A stretch of DNA of 38,544 nt from Candidatus Methylopumilus sp. (GCA_040383445.1 JBEIDM010000001.1:1-38544); one strand, 5' to 3'. Positions 10,898 to 20,475 are shown, counted from the first letter of the stretch. Translations and numbers: made by a program. Notes: generated by a model from the sequence alone, not told the origin.

Positions 10898-10971
10898 TGG
10901 AGCGGATGACGGGAATCGAACCCGCGTATCGAGCTTGGGAAGCTAGCGTTCTACCATTGAACTACATCCGC
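10898..10971 (-). tRNA. tRNA-Gly (anticodon CCC)
   Basis: Reverse complement GCGGATGTAGTTCAATGGTAGAACGCTAGCTTCCCAAGCTCGATACGCGGGTTCGATTCCCGTCATCCGCTCCA: 74 nt, 7-bp acceptor stem, TTCGATT T-loop, encoded CCA. Confidence 0.96.
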
Positions 10972-11011
10972 ATTTTGGTGTGGTTTTTCTGCGATTGCGC
11001 GCAAGCTGTGC

Positions 11012-11041
11012 ATTCTACGCATGAGGGTGTTGGCATGGCAA
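11012..11041 (-). promoter_or_regulatory. Putative sigma70 promoter of tRNA-Gly
   Basis: Minus strand TTGCCA-N18-TAGAAT about 40 nt upstream of the mature tRNA. Confidence 0.6.
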
Positions 11042-11148
11042 ACAGTTAATGAACGAAATGCTGTGATAGCGTTTGCTAAAGAACCTTAAATCTAAGAAAA
11101 TACGACAACAGTAAAATTGTTGTTATTCATTATTTTTCACTTACTATT

Positions 11149-11370
11149 TTGGTAAAAATTCAATTGATTCAAATCACCATCAACGGCAAAGCAAGAGAGT
11201 TCGAAGCTACTATTTCTACATTGGCTGATTTAGTTGAGACGCTTGGCTTGACCGGCAAACGTTTAGCCATTGAACGCAATGGTGAGATTGTGCCTAAGAG
11301 TACTTTTGCAGAAGTGTCTTTGCAAAATGGGGATAAATTGGAGATTGTAGGCGCGGTTGGTGGAGGATAA
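11149..11370 (+). CDS. thiS: Sulfur carrier protein ThiS (exact start uncertain)
   Basis: ITING, AIERNGEIVP, GDKLEIVGAVGGG C-terminal GG; directly upstream of thiG. Confidence 0.93.
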   Translation: MVKIQLIQITINGKAREFEATISTLADLVETLGLTGKRLAIERNGEIVPKSTFAEVSLQNGDKLEIVGAVGGG

Positions 11371-11400
11371 AAAGCGTGGCGGTTAAGGACAGATCATCAA

Positions 11401-12186
11401 ATGAGCACAAACACATTAAATATTGCGGGTAAATCTTACAATTCACGTTTGTTAGTGGGTACGGGTAAATATAAAGACTTCACAGAAACGCGCGCGGCGA
11501 TTGATGCTTCGGGTGCGGAAATTGTGACGGTTGCTATTCGTCGTACAAATATCGGCCAGAATTCAGGCGAGCCTTCGTTGCTTGATTATTTACCACCAGA
11601 AGAATTTACTTATTTACCAAATACCGCGGGTTGTTACTCAGCGGATGATGCCGTTCGCACTTTACGTTTAGCACGTGAATTATTGGATGGCCATAAGCTG
11701 GTGAAGTTGGAAGTGTTAGGTGATCCTAATACTTTATATCCGAATGTGATTGAGACGATTAAAGCCGCTGAGGTGTTGGTGAAAGATGGTTTTGATGTGA
11801 TGGTGTACACCTCTGATGATCCGATTATCTGCAAGCAATTAGAAGAAATTGGTTGTTGTGCGGTGATGCCTTTAGCCTCATTGATTGGCTCTGGCATGGG
11901 GATTTTAAATCCTTGGAATCTACAAATTATTATTGAAAATGCGCAGGTGCCAGTGCTGGTGGATGCTGGTGTCGGGACTGCTTCGGATGCAGCGATTGCG
12001 ATGGAGCTTGGCTGTGAAGGTATTTTGATGAATACCGCGATTGCTGGTGCACGCGATCCTATTATGATGGCTTCAGCAATGAAGAAGGCTGTTGAAGCTG
12101 GCCGTGAGGCTTTTCTGGCAGGGCGTATGGCGAAAAAATTGTATTCGGCTTCACCAAGTTCACCAACCACGGGCATGATTACCTAA
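11401..12186 (+). CDS. thiG: Thiazole synthase
   Basis: [25 protein letters not shown] and [11 protein letters not shown] motifs. Confidence 0.97.
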   Translation: MSTNTLNIAGKSYNSRLLVGTGKYKDFTETRAAIDASGAEIVTVAIRRTNIGQNSGEPSLLDYLPPEEFTYLPNTAGCYSADDAVRTLRLARELLDGHKLVKLEVLGDPNTLYPNVIETIKAAEVLVKDGFDVMVYTSDDPIICKQLEEIGCCAVMPLASLIGSGMGILNPWNLQIIIENAQVPVLVDAGVGTASDAAIAMELGCEGILMNTAIAGARDPIMMASAMKKAVEAGREAFLAGRMAKKLYSASPSSPTTGMIT

Positions 12187-12191
12187 AACTT

Positions 12192-12575
12192 ATGAATTCA
12201 CAGCAAACATACGAATGTTTAGTGACTGTTAAAACCCAGTATTTGGCGGATCAGTCAAATATTGATGCATCGCAGTATGTTTTTTCTTATACGATTCAAA
12301 TTACCAACACCGGTAAGGTGGCGGCGCAGTTAATTAGCCGGCACTGGGTGATTACGGATTCTGCTAATAAAGTTCAAGAGGTGCGCGGTTTGGGTGTGGT
12401 TGGTGATCAGCCTTTGCTTGAACCCGGTGCTTCTTATGAATATACCAGTGGCACGATGTTGAATACGCCAGTTGGAACCATGCACGGCACTTATCAATTT
12501 ACTGCAGTCGATGGTACGCAGTTTGATGTGCCTATTTCTACTTTTACATTAGCAATGCCTAGAGTGTTGCATTAG
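12192..12575 (+). CDS. apaG: ApaG (DUF525) protein
   Basis: QLISRHWVITD, VRGLGVVGDQP, YEYTSG and GTMHGTY motifs. Confidence 0.95.
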   Translation: MNSQQTYECLVTVKTQYLADQSNIDASQYVFSYTIQITNTGKVAAQLISRHWVITDSANKVQEVRGLGVVGDQPLLEPGASYEYTSGTMLNTPVGTMHGTYQFTAVDGTQFDVPISTFTLAMPRVLH

Positions 12576-12583
12576 GTCTGTTA

Positions 12584-13819
12584 ATGAATATTCGATTTTC
12601 TTTTGTTATTCTCGTTCTATTTCTAAATGCCTGTAGTTTTTGGTCTACAAAACCTATACCTCCAGCAGAACCGGTTTCACCACCACCAGCGCCGGTAGTC
12701 ACCCCAGCTAGCCCCCCAGTCACTAAAGCGCCAGAAGCTGCCAAGCCTGAGGTGCCCAAAATTGCTGATTATAGTTTGCTCAAATCTGCACAGTGGAGTG
12801 ATTTAGATGGTATTGCAAAAGATGACGTAACTAAGGCTTGGCCAGCATGGGTGTTAGGTTGTTCTGCACTAAAAGCAAAGTCCGCATGGCAAGCTGTGTG
12901 CACTGAAGCTGAACAGTTAAAAAATCCAAGTAAGTCAAAAATTCTTGAGTTTTTCAAAAAGAATTTTTCAGTTTATCGCGCCACAAATGTGGATGGCACT
13001 GAGTCAGGTTTAATCACTGGTTATTACGAACCTATTATTAAAGGCAGTCGAACTAAACGAGATCAATATCAACATGCACTTTATACGCGCCCCGATGATT
13101 TAATTACGGTAGAGCTCGCGAGTCTATTTCCAGAGTTAGCGAACAAACGTGTTCGTGGTCGAGTAGTTGGAACAAAGTTAATTCCTTATTTTAATCGGGC
13201 CGAAATTGAAGCAGATAACTCACCGCTTCAGGGCCGTGAATTTGTTTGGGTGGATGATCAAATTGATTTGTTCTTCTTACAAATTCAAGGTTCGGGGATG
13301 GTGCATTTGGATAATGGGGAAAAAATGCATATTGGTTATGCCGATCAGAATGGGCAACCTTATCAATCTATCGGGCGTTTGCTGATTGATCGAGGTGAAA
13401 TCACGGCTGATAAAGCCTCTATGCAAGGTATTAAAGATTGGGCTAAAAAAAATCCAACTAAATTGCGTGAGTTATTGAACGCTAATCCAAGCTATGTTTT
13501 CTTTAGAGAGCTTCCGCCAGGCCTTCCTGGACCGCTAGGGGCCTTGGGTGTGCCAATTCTTGCTGAAAGAGTAGTTGCGGTTGATCCAAAATTCGTACCA
13601 CTAGGTGCCCCTATATTTTTATCTACCAATCAACCTTTTACTAATAAACCGCTTCAACGATTAATGATGGCGCAAGATACCGGCGGTGCAATTAAGGGTG
13701 GCGTGCGGGCTGATTTTTATTGGGGTGCTGGTAATGAAGCAGGAAAGCAAGCTGGTGCGATGAAGCAAAGCGGAAAGATCTGGGTTTTGTTGCCTAATGG
13801 CTTTACGTTTCCGAAGTGA
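12584..13819 (+). CDS. mltA: Membrane-bound lytic murein transglycosylase A (lipoprotein)
   Basis: Lipobox LNAC, Pro-rich linker, TGYYEP, FFLQIQGSG, NPSYVFF and AQDTGGAIKG 3D-domain motifs. Confidence 0.94.
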   Translation: MNIRFSFVILVLFLNACSFWSTKPIPPAEPVSPPPAPVVTPASPPVTKAPEAAKPEVPKIADYSLLKSAQWSDLDGIAKDDVTKAWPAWVLGCSALKAKSAWQAVCTEAEQLKNPSKSKILEFFKKNFSVYRATNVDGTESGLITGYYEPIIKGSRTKRDQYQHALYTRPDDLITVELASLFPELANKRVRGRVVGTKLIPYFNRAEIEADNSPLQGREFVWVDDQIDLFFLQIQGSGMVHLDNGEKMHIGYADQNGQPYQSIGRLLIDRGEITADKASMQGIKDWAKKNPTKLRELLNANPSYVFFRELPPGLPGPLGALGVPILAERVVAVDPKFVPLGAPIFLSTNQPFTNKPLQRLMMAQDTGGAIKGGVRADFYWGAGNEAGKQAGAMKQSGKIWVLLPNGFTFPK

Positions 13820-13838
13820 CCATTAATTAGTAGGCAAT

Positions 13839-13865
13839 AAAAAAGGAGCCTTAGGCTCCTTTTTT
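13839..13865. terminator. Bidirectional intrinsic terminator between convergent mltA and pqqA
   Basis: AAAAAAGGAGCC-TTA-GGCTCCTTTTTT. Confidence 0.9.
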
Positions 13866-13879
13866 GTGAATCTTTAAAA

Positions 13880-13951
13880 TTACTTGTTCATTACGTACAT
13901 AGTAACTTCAAAGCCAAAACGCATTTCTGTAGCAGCTGGTTTAGTCCACAT
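13880..13951 (-). CDS. pqqA: Pyrroloquinoline quinone precursor peptide PqqA (23 aa; below the ORF-track cut-off)
   Basis: Manual translation [23 protein letters not shown], with W-x-K-P start and the E-x-x-x-Y core (EVTMY); SD AGGAG upstream; own terminator. Confidence 0.96.
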   Translation of the reverse strand: MWTKPAATEMRFGFEVTMYVMNK

Positions 13952-14055
13952 AGTAATTCTCCTAAGTATTATTTCGCGTTGTCTAGTGACGTTGCGGATG
14001 TATGAATAATACGCTGATCGAAAAACTTAGCACTATCCTTAGTCATTAAAGATAC

Positions 14056-14072
14056 CTAATGATTTTCATTAG
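14056..14072. promoter_or_regulatory. Palindromic putative regulator-binding site upstream of pqqA
   Basis: Perfect CTAATGA-TTT-TCATTAG, with extra TCATTA half-sites at 14043-14048 and 14074-14079. Confidence 0.5.
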
Positions 14073-14076
14073 ATCA

Positions 14077-15465
14077 TTAATCTTCAATCCCTAATTCTTG
14101 GATCTTTCTAGTGAGTGTATTTCTACCCATACCAAGCTGCGTCGCAGCTTCAATGCGTCTTCCGTTGGTATGATGCAACGCTTGGGTGATTAAGATTTTC
14201 TCAAATTCTCGTGTGCGGGTATCAAGTACATTTTGTTCTCCGCGGGCTAGCGCATTGAATACTTCTGCGGCCAATGCTTCTTGCCATGAGGTCGCACTTG
14301 AGGATTTTGTTGAATCATCTTTTAACTCGGGCGGTAAATCAGCAACATCAATATTTTGGCCTGGTGCCATTACTGTTAGCCAGTGACATACATTTTCTAA
14401 TTGCCGTACATTACCACTCCAGCCCATGGTGGCGAGGTAGCGTAAAGCCGCCGGTGTAGGTTGTTTTGCTTCTACGCCTAGTTCTTGCGCGCTGTGTTGG
14501 AGGAAGTGTTTTACTAGCAAAGGAATATCTTCTGGTCGTTCACGAAGCGCAGGCAAGCGAAGACGAATCACGTTCAAGCGATGAAATAAGTCTTCACGAA
14601 ATAGACCTTGTTTCACGCGATCTTCTAAATCCTGATGTGTTGCTGCGATAATCCGAACGTTGACTTTAACTGGTTGATGTCCGCCAATCCGATAAAACTG
14701 ACCATCACAAAGTACACGTAGTAAACGTGTTTGTAAGTCGGCTGGCATATCGCCAATTTCATCTAAGAATAGTGTGCCGCCGTCAGCTTGCTCAAAGCGT
14801 CCACGACGAGATGCTTGTGCGCCCGTAAAGGCTCCTCGTTCATGGCCAAACAATTCGGACTCTAGTAAATCTTTAGGTATGGCTGCCGTATTGATTGCAA
14901 TAAATGGCTTGTCTGCCCGCGGACTATGGCGATGCAAGGCGCTTGCAACTAGCTCTTTACCTGTTCCTGATTCGCCATTAATGAGTACAGTTGCATGTGA
15001 GCGACTCAGACGGCCAATTGCGCGAAATACTTCTTGCATGGCGGGTGCTTGGCCAATAATTTCTGGTGTTTCTTCAGCTGCTTCCGTCTCATGTGTTTGC
15101 CGTTGACTTTCTTCTACTGCGCGGCGAATTACGTCAATTGCCTGATCAACATCAAATGGTTTTGCTAAGTATTCAAATGCACCACCTTGAAAAGCAGCGA
15201 CCGCACTTTCTAAGTCCGAATAGGCAGTCATGATGATGACGGGTGTATCTGGAAGTTTTTGTTTAATGTCTTGTAAGAAATCTAAACCAGATCCGTTTGG
15301 CATGCGAATGTCGCTGACAATGACTTGTGGTTGTTCTTTTGTAAGGGCTGCCATTGCTTCCGGTACAGAAGAAAAAGTTTTGAACTCTAGTTCTGTGCGA
15401 GCAAGCGCTTTTTCAAATACCCAGCGTATTGATTTGTCGTCGTCAATAATCCAAATTGGTTTCAT
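14077..15465 (-). CDS. ntrC: Nitrogen regulation protein NR(I), sigma54 enhancer-binding response regulator
   Basis: Receiver domain (DDD, SDIRMP), GESGTGKE, GAFTGA, C-terminal HTH LGMGRNTLTRK; downstream of ntrB and glnA. Confidence 0.97.
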   Translation of the reverse strand: MKPIWIIDDDKSIRWVFEKALARTELEFKTFSSVPEAMAALTKEQPQVIVSDIRMPNGSGLDFLQDIKQKLPDTPVIIMTAYSDLESAVAAFQGGAFEYLAKPFDVDQAIDVIRRAVEESQRQTHETEAAEETPEIIGQAPAMQEVFRAIGRLSRSHATVLINGESGTGKELVASALHRHSPRADKPFIAINTAAIPKDLLESELFGHERGAFTGAQASRRGRFEQADGGTLFLDEIGDMPADLQTRLLRVLCDGQFYRIGGHQPVKVNVRIIAATHQDLEDRVKQGLFREDLFHRLNVIRLRLPALRERPEDIPLLVKHFLQHSAQELGVEAKQPTPAALRYLATMGWSGNVRQLENVCHWLTVMAPGQNIDVADLPPELKDDSTKSSSATSWQEALAAEVFNALARGEQNVLDTRTREFEKILITQALHHTNGRRIEAATQLGMGRNTLTRKIQELGIED

Positions 15466-15489
15466 GATATGTCTGTCCGATTAAATTGT

Positions 15490-16596
15490 TTATTGCTTAA
15501 TTGAGATTGTTTTCAGGGCCGTGCTTTCGATGGGCAATAAAATCGTAAAGCATGTGCGGCCAGGTTCACTTTCACATTCAATCATTCCGTGATGCTGTGT
15601 GATGAAAGTTTGCGCTAATGTTAGTCCAAGCCCAGATCCGCCTTCACTGCCAGTAACCAATGGGTAGAAAATACGATCTCGGATATCAGCTGGAATGCCA
15701 GGGCCGTTATCGATAATTTGTAATTTAATGGCTACGCGGTAACGTTTCTTAGCTAAGGTTACTTGACGTTCTGCGCGTGTTCTTAAAGTAAGTTCGGCAT
15801 TCTTTTGCCCGCTTGTATGCATCGCTTGTGCGGCATTACGTGCAATATTAAGTACGGCTTGTATTAGTTTCTCACGATCACCAATAATGTCTGGGAGGCT
15901 TGTATCGTAGTCACGTTTTACTCTAATCGTTTGAGAAGAGTTTTGTGGGGACTCTGCTAACAATAAGCTTCTGACACGCTCAAGCACTTCATGAATATTG
16001 ACTGGCTCATATTTTGGTACGCGATGAGGCACCAGTAATCTGTCCATCAAAAGCTGTAAGCGATCGGCTTCCTTAATAATGACTTGGGTATATTCTCGAA
16101 GACTGGCTTGTGGTAGTTCATGCTCCAGTAATTGTGCTGCGCCACGAAGGCCGCCTAGTGGATTACGGATTTCATGTGCGAGGTTTCTTAGAAGTTCGGT
16201 ATTAGCTTGTTGGTGAATCAGCATGCGTTCTTCACGTGCAATTCGAAGTTGCTGATCCATTTGTTGAAATTCCAGTACTAAAGCTGCTGGTGGTTGATCA
16301 ACTGGCGTGACAGCGCAAGTCACGGCCAATGAAGTCTGTTTGGGCGTACTGATCGAGAACTCATGCTCGCGGAACGGGCTGCCTGTGCTTAATGCATTTT
16401 CTACTGCAGAGAATAAGATATCGCAGCCAGGAAATACTTTGGCAATAGATATGCCAATAATTTGTCTTGCGCTGAACGCAAATAGGACTTCTGCGCCTGG
16501 ATTGGCGTAGGTGACTTTATGCTCGTCATCTAAAAGAATGACGGCTGTCGCAAGATGTTCAAGTCCTGCAAAAGAAGAAGGGGTTTCTTGTACCAT
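15490..16596 (-). CDS. ntrB: Nitrogen regulation sensor histidine kinase NR(II)
   Basis: PAS-like N-terminus, LAHEIRNPLGG H-box, DNGPGIP and GSGLGL boxes. Confidence 0.96.
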   Translation of the reverse strand: MVQETPSSFAGLEHLATAVILLDDEHKVTYANPGAEVLFAFSARQIIGISIAKVFPGCDILFSAVENALSTGSPFREHEFSISTPKQTSLAVTCAVTPVDQPPAALVLEFQQMDQQLRIAREERMLIHQQANTELLRNLAHEIRNPLGGLRGAAQLLEHELPQASLREYTQVIIKEADRLQLLMDRLLVPHRVPKYEPVNIHEVLERVRSLLLAESPQNSSQTIRVKRDYDTSLPDIIGDREKLIQAVLNIARNAAQAMHTSGQKNAELTLRTRAERQVTLAKKRYRVAIKLQIIDNGPGIPADIRDRIFYPLVTGSEGGSGLGLTLAQTFITQHHGMIECESEPGRTCFTILLPIESTALKTISIKQ

Positions 16597-16607
16597 GTTC
16601 TCTAATA

Positions 16608-16623
16608 AGCAACCCGCGTGCCA
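16608..16623 (-). promoter_or_regulatory. Sigma54 (-24/-12) promoter of ntrB
   Basis: Minus strand TGGCAC-GCGGG-TTGCT, a perfect consensus match. Confidence 0.85.
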
Positions 16624-16686
16624 AGCACGAATTTTCCGTAGATGATGTAAATATAAGTACTAATGTACTCTTTATCAGCAACAATT

Positions 16687-16703
16687 TGCACTATTTTAGT
16701 GCA
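16687..16703. promoter_or_regulatory. NtrC-binding site upstream of ntrB
   Basis: TGCACTATTTTAGTGCA matches the TGCAC-N7-GTGCA NtrC consensus; identical to the site at 18376-18392. Confidence 0.85.
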
Positions 16704-16752
16704 TTTTATTGTGAAGTGTTTCTGGTGTTGTTGCTAGCCTTAGGTGGCGGAA

Positions 16753-16785
16753 ATAAAAAAAGGCGGGTTAACCCGCCTTTTTTAT
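16753..16785. terminator. Intrinsic terminator after glnA
   Basis: AAAAAAGGCGGG-TTAA-CCCGCCTTTTTT. Confidence 0.9.
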
Positions 16786-16801
16786 CTGCTGATTAAACTA
16801 A

Positions 16802-18211
16802 TTAGCAGCTATAGTACATACCAAATTCAATTGGATGTGGAGTCATACGTAAGTTGTTAACTTCACCCATCTTCAATTCGATGTATGCGTTGATCCAGTC
16901 ATCAGAGAATACACCGCCACGAGTTAAGAACTCACGGTCTTTATCGAGGTACTCAAGCGCTTGTTCTAATGATGAACAAACTGTTGGGATCAATGCATCT
17001 TCTTCTGGAGGAAGATGGTATAAGTCTTTAGTTGCAGCTTCACCTGGGTGAATCTTGTTTTGTACGCCATCAAGACCAGCCATCATTAAAGCACTGAATG
17101 CTAAGTATGGGTTGGCTGTTGGATCAGGAAAGCGAGCCTCAACGCGGCGTGCTTTGTCAGAATGAACGAATGGAATTCGGATTGAAGCAGAACGGTTTTT
17201 AGCTGAGTAAGCTAATTTAACTGGGGCTTCAAAGCCAGGTACTAAGCGTTTGTAAGAATTAGTACTTGGGTTGGTAATTGCGTTCAATGCACGAGCATGT
17301 TTGATAATGCCGCCGATGTAGTAAAGAGCAAAATCGCTCAAACCAGCATAGCCGTTACCAGCAAACAAGTTTTTGCCATCTTTCCAGATGGATTGGTGAA
17401 CGTGCATACCTGAGCCGTTATCACCAGCGTATGGTTTAGGCATGAAAGTCGCTGTTTTGCCATATGCGTGAGCAGTATTTAAAACAACGTATTTCAAAGT
17501 TTGCGTCCAGTCAGCACGTTTAACTAATGTGCTGAATTGTGTGCCGATTTCACATTGACCGGCACCAGCCACTTCGTGGTGATGCACTTCAACAGGAATG
17601 CCCATTTCTTCAAGTGTGATACACATAGCAGAACGTACGTCTTGCAATGAATCGACTGGAGGTACTGGGAAGTAACCACCTTTAACAGCTGGACGGTGAC
17701 CAGTGTTACCACCTTCGAATTTGTCGTTAGAAGACCATGGGGCTTCTTCTGAGTTAATGCGCACTGAGCTACCGCTCATGCTCACGTCCCATTGAACTGA
17801 ATCAAAAATGAAGAATTCTGGTTCTGGACCAAAATAAGCAGTATCACCGATGCCGCTTGATTTTAAGTAAGCTTCGGCACGTTTTGCTACGCTTCGTGGG
17901 CAACGGTCGTAACCTTTACCATCTGTAGGATCAACTACGTCACAAGTTAAAATCAGTGTAGGCTCGTCCATGAATGGATCGATGTTTGCTGTGTCTGGGT
18001 CAGGCATCAATTGCATATCAGATGCTTGAATACCTTTCCAACCAGCGATTGAAGAGCCATCAAATGCGTGGCCTTCAGTGAATTTGTCTTCGTTAAATGC
18101 TGAAACAGGCACAGTAACGTGTTGTTCTTTACCACGAGTGTCGGTGAAACGGAAATCAACGAACTTAATATCGTTGTCCTTCACCATCTTCATTACGTCG
18201 GCGATTGCCAT
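16802..18211 (-). CDS. glnA: Glutamine synthetase type I
   Basis: [38 protein letters not shown]; adenylylation region [10 protein letters not shown]. Confidence 0.98.
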   Translation of the reverse strand: MAIADVMKMVKDNDIKFVDFRFTDTRGKEQHVTVPVSAFNEDKFTEGHAFDGSSIAGWKGIQASDMQLMPDPDTANIDPFMDEPTLILTCDVVDPTDGKGYDRCPRSVAKRAEAYLKSSGIGDTAYFGPEPEFFIFDSVQWDVSMSGSSVRINSEEAPWSSNDKFEGGNTGHRPAVKGGYFPVPPVDSLQDVRSAMCITLEEMGIPVEVHHHEVAGAGQCEIGTQFSTLVKRADWTQTLKYVVLNTAHAYGKTATFMPKPYAGDNGSGMHVHQSIWKDGKNLFAGNGYAGLSDFALYYIGGIIKHARALNAITNPSTNSYKRLVPGFEAPVKLAYSAKNRSASIRIPFVHSDKARRVEARFPDPTANPYLAFSALMMAGLDGVQNKIHPGEAATKDLYHLPPEEDALIPTVCSSLEQALEYLDKDREFLTRGGVFSDDWINAYIELKMGEVNNLRMTPHPIEFGMYYSC

Positions 18212-18267
18212 TTGAGTCTCCTAATTACAATTAGAAATTAACAATTTAAAACTAAGCCATTTTTATT

Positions 18268-18283
18268 AGCAGGAATTATGCCA
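18268..18283 (-). promoter_or_regulatory. Sigma54 promoter of glnA
   Basis: Minus strand TGGCAT-AATTC-CTGCT with GG-N10-GC spacing. Confidence 0.8.
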
Positions 18284-18345
18284 GCTATAAAATTAGGATT
18301 TTCTTATTTTCACACAGATAGTTACAAAAGAAAAACAAAACAAAA

Positions 18346-18392
18346 CGCACTAAAATAGTGCGAATGCGTTACATTTGCACTATTTTAGTGCA
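18346..18392. promoter_or_regulatory. Tandem NtrC enhancer sites for glnA
   Basis: CGCACTAAAATAGTGCG (18346-18362) and TGCACTATTTTAGTGCA (18376-18392), 30 bp apart, upstream of an A-tract spacer and the sigma54 site. Confidence 0.88.
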
Positions 18393-18474
18393 ATTATGCG
18401 ATTGCTTCTAAATGTCGCTATACTTTCAAACATCTTGGATTATATCCAAAAACACACTCATAAAAGGTGAAGTC

Positions 18475-18930
18475 ATGGAAACTCTCTCTCAAATTTTACA
18501 AAAAGCTAAACAACGCGCAGTTGAATTGAATCTTCCATACGCTGGGGCGCTTACTCCTGCAGAGACTTTAGCTGTGTTGGAACACACAAAAAATGCTAAA
18601 TTAGTTGATGTAAGAACGCGTGCAGAATTGGAATTGGTTGGGCGTGTACCACAGGCAACGCACATTGAATGGGCGTTTTATCCAGGCATGGTCGCTAATC
18701 CAGATTTCGCTGAGCAAATCAAAACACAGTTAGATTCAGAATCCTTAGTAATTTTTATGTGTAGAACTGGTGGTCGATCACACAATGCAGCCGTTTTAGC
18801 AGCGCAATTAGGCTTCACCGAAGCCTACAATATGCTCGAAGGTTTTGAGGGTGAATCAACACCTGATACCAAGCAGCGTTGTAAGATCAACGGTTGGAAA
18901 GCTGCTGATTTGCCTTGGACAAACGCTTAG
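18475..18930 (+). CDS. Rhodanese-like sulfurtransferase (start placed at METLSQ)
   Basis: LVDVRT, active-site CRTGGRS, YNMLEGFEG, GWK; SD AAGGTG before ATG 18475. Confidence 0.88.
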   Translation: METLSQILQKAKQRAVELNLPYAGALTPAETLAVLEHTKNAKLVDVRTRAELELVGRVPQATHIEWAFYPGMVANPDFAEQIKTQLDSESLVIFMCRTGGRSHNAAVLAAQLGFTEAYNMLEGFEGESTPDTKQRCKINGWKAADLPWTNA

Positions 18931-18949
18931 ACCTGAAGCAGAAGATTTA

Positions 18950-19786
18950 ATGACAGATTTTTACGCCGTCATTGGCAATCCAATTTCTCATAGTAAATCG
19001 CCAATGATCCATCATGCGTTTGCTGAATTAACACGTCAGGATATTCAATACGAACGTGTAATGGCTCCTTTAGATGGATTCGCTGAAACAGTAGGCAGTC
19101 TAATGGCGCAAGGCTTCAAAGGTGCAAATGTAACAGTGCCATTTAAGCTTGAGGCTTTTGAAATAGCGAGCCAGCTTACTGAACGTGCTCAAGATGCTGG
19201 CGCTGTTAATACGCTGATTTTTACCCCACAAGGTATTATTGGAGATAATACCGACGGTGTTGGCTTGGTGCGAGATATCACTGAAAATATTGGCGTGTCA
19301 CTAAAAGGTAAGCGTGTTCTGTTGATTGGTGCCGGCGGCGCTTCAGAAGGGGTATTGCATCCTATTTTGGCTGCACAGCCAGCCATGTTGATTATTACCA
19401 ATCGCACCTTAGACAAAGCACTGAATATGGTAAAGCGTGTTGAGGCGCGAGATGAAATGGTTTACGTTTCGGTTCAAGCGCATGCGTTTGATGACTTACA
19501 AGACCAGCAATTCGATATTGTGATTAATGCTACTTCAGCAGGTTTAACAGATAGTCAATTGCCACTACCAAGTACCATTTTTGCACCTAATGCTTTGGCT
19601 TACGACATGATGTATGGACGTACTACGCCATTTATGGCATTCGCCCAGCAACATGGAGCATCTGTGTTTGATGGTTTGGGCATGTTGATTGAGCAAGCGG
19701 CGGAAGCTTTTTATCTCTGGCGCGGTGTGCGTCCAGACACATCTCCAGTGATTGAAATGTTTAAACAGGCGCAGCCTAGCGCATGA
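18950..19786 (+). CDS. aroE: Shikimate dehydrogenase (start placed at MTDFYAVIG)
   Basis: GNPISHSKSP, GANVTVPFK, GAVNT, GDNTDG, GAGGA and DGLGMLIEQAA motifs. Confidence 0.96.
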   Translation: MTDFYAVIGNPISHSKSPMIHHAFAELTRQDIQYERVMAPLDGFAETVGSLMAQGFKGANVTVPFKLEAFEIASQLTERAQDAGAVNTLIFTPQGIIGDNTDGVGLVRDITENIGVSLKGKRVLLIGAGGASEGVLHPILAAQPAMLIITNRTLDKALNMVKRVEARDEMVYVSVQAHAFDDLQDQQFDIVINATSAGLTDSQLPLPSTIFAPNALAYDMMYGRTTPFMAFAQQHGASVFDGLGMLIEQAAEAFYLWRGVRPDTSPVIEMFKQAQPSA

Positions 19787-20475
19787 CAACTAAGCAATTT
19801 TTATGGCGTGGCCTGAAGTGGTTTTTACTTCTCTTAATCGTTTATCAACTTTGGATTTTTATTCACATTTGCTGGTGGATTAATTTCAATCCTTCAACCA
19901 GTGCATTTATGGAAGATCGATTGGAAGTCCTTCAGGAAAAAAATCCTAATGCGGCATTAAAGCATCGATGGGTTGCTTATAAAAACATCTCACCTAATCT
20001 CAAACGTGCATTGATTGCCGCAGAAGATGCAAAGTTTGTAGATCATGAAGGTTTTGATTGGGAAGGCATAGAAAAAGCCTACGAAAAAAATCTTAAAAAA
20101 GGGAAAGTAGTTGCAGGTGGTTCAACGATCAGCCAGCAGCTCGCTAAGAATTTATTTTTATCTACCAAGCGAACGCCATGGCGCAAATTAGAAGAAGCGA
20201 TGATTACCGTCATGCTTGAAAGCACCATGAGTAAACGTCGTATTTTTGAAATTTATTTGAACGTCATTGAATGGGGTAATGGCATCTTTGGTGCGGAAGC
20301 CGCTGCGCGACATTATTTTGGAACAAGCGCCAAAAACCTATCATCAGAACAAGCAGCCAAATTAGCAGCAATGGTGCCAAATCCTAGGTACTACGATAAG
20401 CACCAAAGCGCCCGAGGCCTTAATAGAAAAACCGGCATTATTCTCCATCGGATGAATAGCGCTGCCATTCCTTAA
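19783..20475 (+). CDS. mtgA: Monofunctional biosynthetic peptidoglycan transglycosylase
   Basis: [35 protein letters not shown] and [12 protein letters not shown]51 motifs. Confidence 0.95.
   Translation: MTTKQFLWRGLKWFLLLLIVYQLWIFIHICWWINFNPSTSAFMEDRLEVLQEKNPNAALKHRWVAYKNISPNLKRALIAAEDAKFVDHEGFDWEGIEKAYEKNLKKGKVVAGGSTISQQLAKNLFLSTKRTPWRKLEEAMITVMLESTMSKRRIFEIYLNVIEWGNGIFGAEAAARHYFGTSAKNLSSEQAAKLAAMVPNPRYYDKHQSARGLNRKTGIILHRMNSAAIP

Noticed and set aside
10972-11148. TPP riboswitch upstream of thiS-thiG
   Set aside because: Conserved CTGAGA and GAACCTGA...AGCG elements not found; the region is explained by divergent promoters
12650-12760. Pro/Ala-rich repetitive stretch in mltA
   Set aside because: Ordinary low-complexity lipoprotein linker, not a DNA repeat array
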